From Octopus sinensis (taxonomy: Eukaryota): DNA of 21,429 nt. Below, piece after piece: positions 19,887-21,429 of the stretch. Numbering within the stretch: the first letter of the stretch is position 1; every line of letters starts with the position of its first letter. Where the stretch lies: positions 1 to 21,429 of the forward strand of contig NW_021823736.1 in NCBI RefSeq assembly GCF_006345805.1. Direction: 5' to 3'. The position numbers and the translations under genes were made by a program. A model generated the notes under the pieces. It saw only the letters and a program-made list of their open reading frames with translations, was not told the origin of the DNA and did no database searches.

Positions 19887-20343
19887 ATATAAACACATGC
19901 ACAAAATAAGAATAAACAAAAACAACAACAAAAACAAATTACATTACATGAACGTATATAAACAGAAGATACAAATATTACAGGCCTCCCACCCACACAC
20001 ACACATAAATAAACATAGACGCGCATAGACATATAAGCATGCGCAAATGAAGACATACAATAGAAATACAAAATGGCTGGCGGTTAGTAAGGAGAGACAC
20101 AAATAAGAAAGTAGAAAACAAAGGACCACTGATGCGGTCACAGGAGTGTGACGAAAGAACTCTGGCCGAAATAAGATTAAGATTAATGTAAAAAATAAAT
20201 AACAATGAAGCAAAATAACACCAAATATATAGTGCGTGTGTTTTTATTGGCTACACTGGCAAAATGACCACTCCGAAATATAACAATATCTGTTTCAACA
20301 CACGACTTCACATAAAAAATCTTGCACAACAAATATATAAGCG

Positions 20344-20376
<33 letters not shown>

Positions 20377-20383
20377 TATATAT

Positions 20384-20562
20384 AAGGATAAGATCGTTAA
20401 TTTAAATATCGATCTTATCAAGGGCCAGCGTGGGAATAAAAACCTACAAAGGTAATAATTATTATTAAAATTATAATTAAGGGTATCTAAGAGATACCAT
20501 CACGCTGGAAATAGCAGCCAAAACTTGGCTCTAAAACCACATTAAATGTTCATACAGCACCA
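20384..20562 (-). mobile_element. Unclassified structured repeat 'P', copy 2 (diverged)
   Basis: Aligns with 8886-9063 and likewise ends in (TA)n. Confidence 0.65.
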
Positions 20563-20774
20563 GGTGAGCTGGCAGAAACGTTAGGACGCCGGGCGAAATG
20601 GTTAGCAGTATTTCGTCTGTCTTTACATTCTGAGTTCAAATTCTGCCGAGGTTGACTTTGCCTTTCATCCTTTCGAGGTCGATAAATTAAGTACCAGTTG
20701 CGTACTGGGGTCGATCAAATAGACTGCTCCCCATTCAAAAAACTTCGCGCGTTGTGCCTAGAGTAGAAAAGATT

Positions 20775-20809
<35 letters not shown>

Positions 20810-20812
20810 ATA

Positions 20813-20858
<46 letters not shown>
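20562..20858 (+). mobile_element. SINE family C variant with a different 3' end and an (ATT)n tail
   Basis: Same head and central block as family C, diverging after CTGGGGTCGAT. Confidence 0.85.
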
Positions 20859-21421
20859 GAGTGAGAGAGCAGTGCATGCCATCAAAGTGACACTGGGGTA
20901 AAATATACGAAGCCCAAAATACCCATCATGACTACCCGTCTGATAAGGGTACACCAGGCACATGCATCACAACCATATGTGCGCGACATGGTGATCTCAT
21001 ATCAAGATAAACAGCACATGACCTTGCAGGTGGGGCCCAGTTAGAATTTTCTTCAGGTTGAGTAGCCCATCCCGCTCAAAAGGTCCCTGAATAAGGGTTG
21101 TTTAAGGATGTTGAAAGAAAGAACCACCCATGTTTCCAGAGGTGAATTATTCGAACCCCAAAGAATCCCTCTCACCACATGGTTATGATGCTCCCCCACT
21201 ACTTCTGCTCGTGATCAGAGATGCATATATCGGCAGCCACTAAGGGACATGCTCAACAGGTTAAGGTCAAACAACTGACAAGCAAATCTGTGGTATTGAG
21301 CAGAATATTTGTTGTAGCCCATCTTTTATACCAAGACAAAACAATATACATGATAACACTTCCAATCAGTTAAGATCAGAAGCCATGAGAGCCACAGCCT
21401 GGTACTGCATCAGGGCATTTA
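20859..21421. mobile_element. Probable ~560-bp interspersed repeat bounded by (TAA)n on both sides; class unknown
   Basis: Both ends abut (ATT)n. It resembles my recollection of an abundant octopus repeat, but there is only one copy here. Confidence 0.4.
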
Positions 21422-21429
21422 TTATTATT

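Noticed and set aside
21050-21056. CUGAAGA on the minus strand (also CUGACGA near 4428 and CUGAGGA near 11557)
   Set aside because: No appropriately placed GAAA or closing stems. The latter two lie inside transposase or LINE coding remnants.

Overview
Eukaryotic, AT-rich, repeat-saturated DNA with no intact protein-coding gene. The SINE families and microsatellite load suggest an octopus (coleoid cephalopod) genome, probably an intron of a large gene; this is inference from recalled repeat families, not a search result. It contains compound microsatellites, three tRNA-derived SINE families (called A, B and C here; about 17 copies or fragments), several RTE-type LINE fragments, a decayed Tigger/pogo transposon with both ends, and a Helitron-like PIF1 helicase remnant. 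The most notable part is 8639-10810, inserted in the (TA)n tract of a SINE. A ~505-bp non-coding unit occurs there in tandem and inverted copies, and each full unit carries a complete type I hammerhead ribozyme fold, as in retrozymes and Penelope-like elements. A second, unrelated hammerhead lies at 6692-6742. A third (TA)n-associated element shows compensatory base changes in four stems between its two diverged copies. A candidate 15-nt microexon lies at 12931-12945. All folds and alignments were done by eye.
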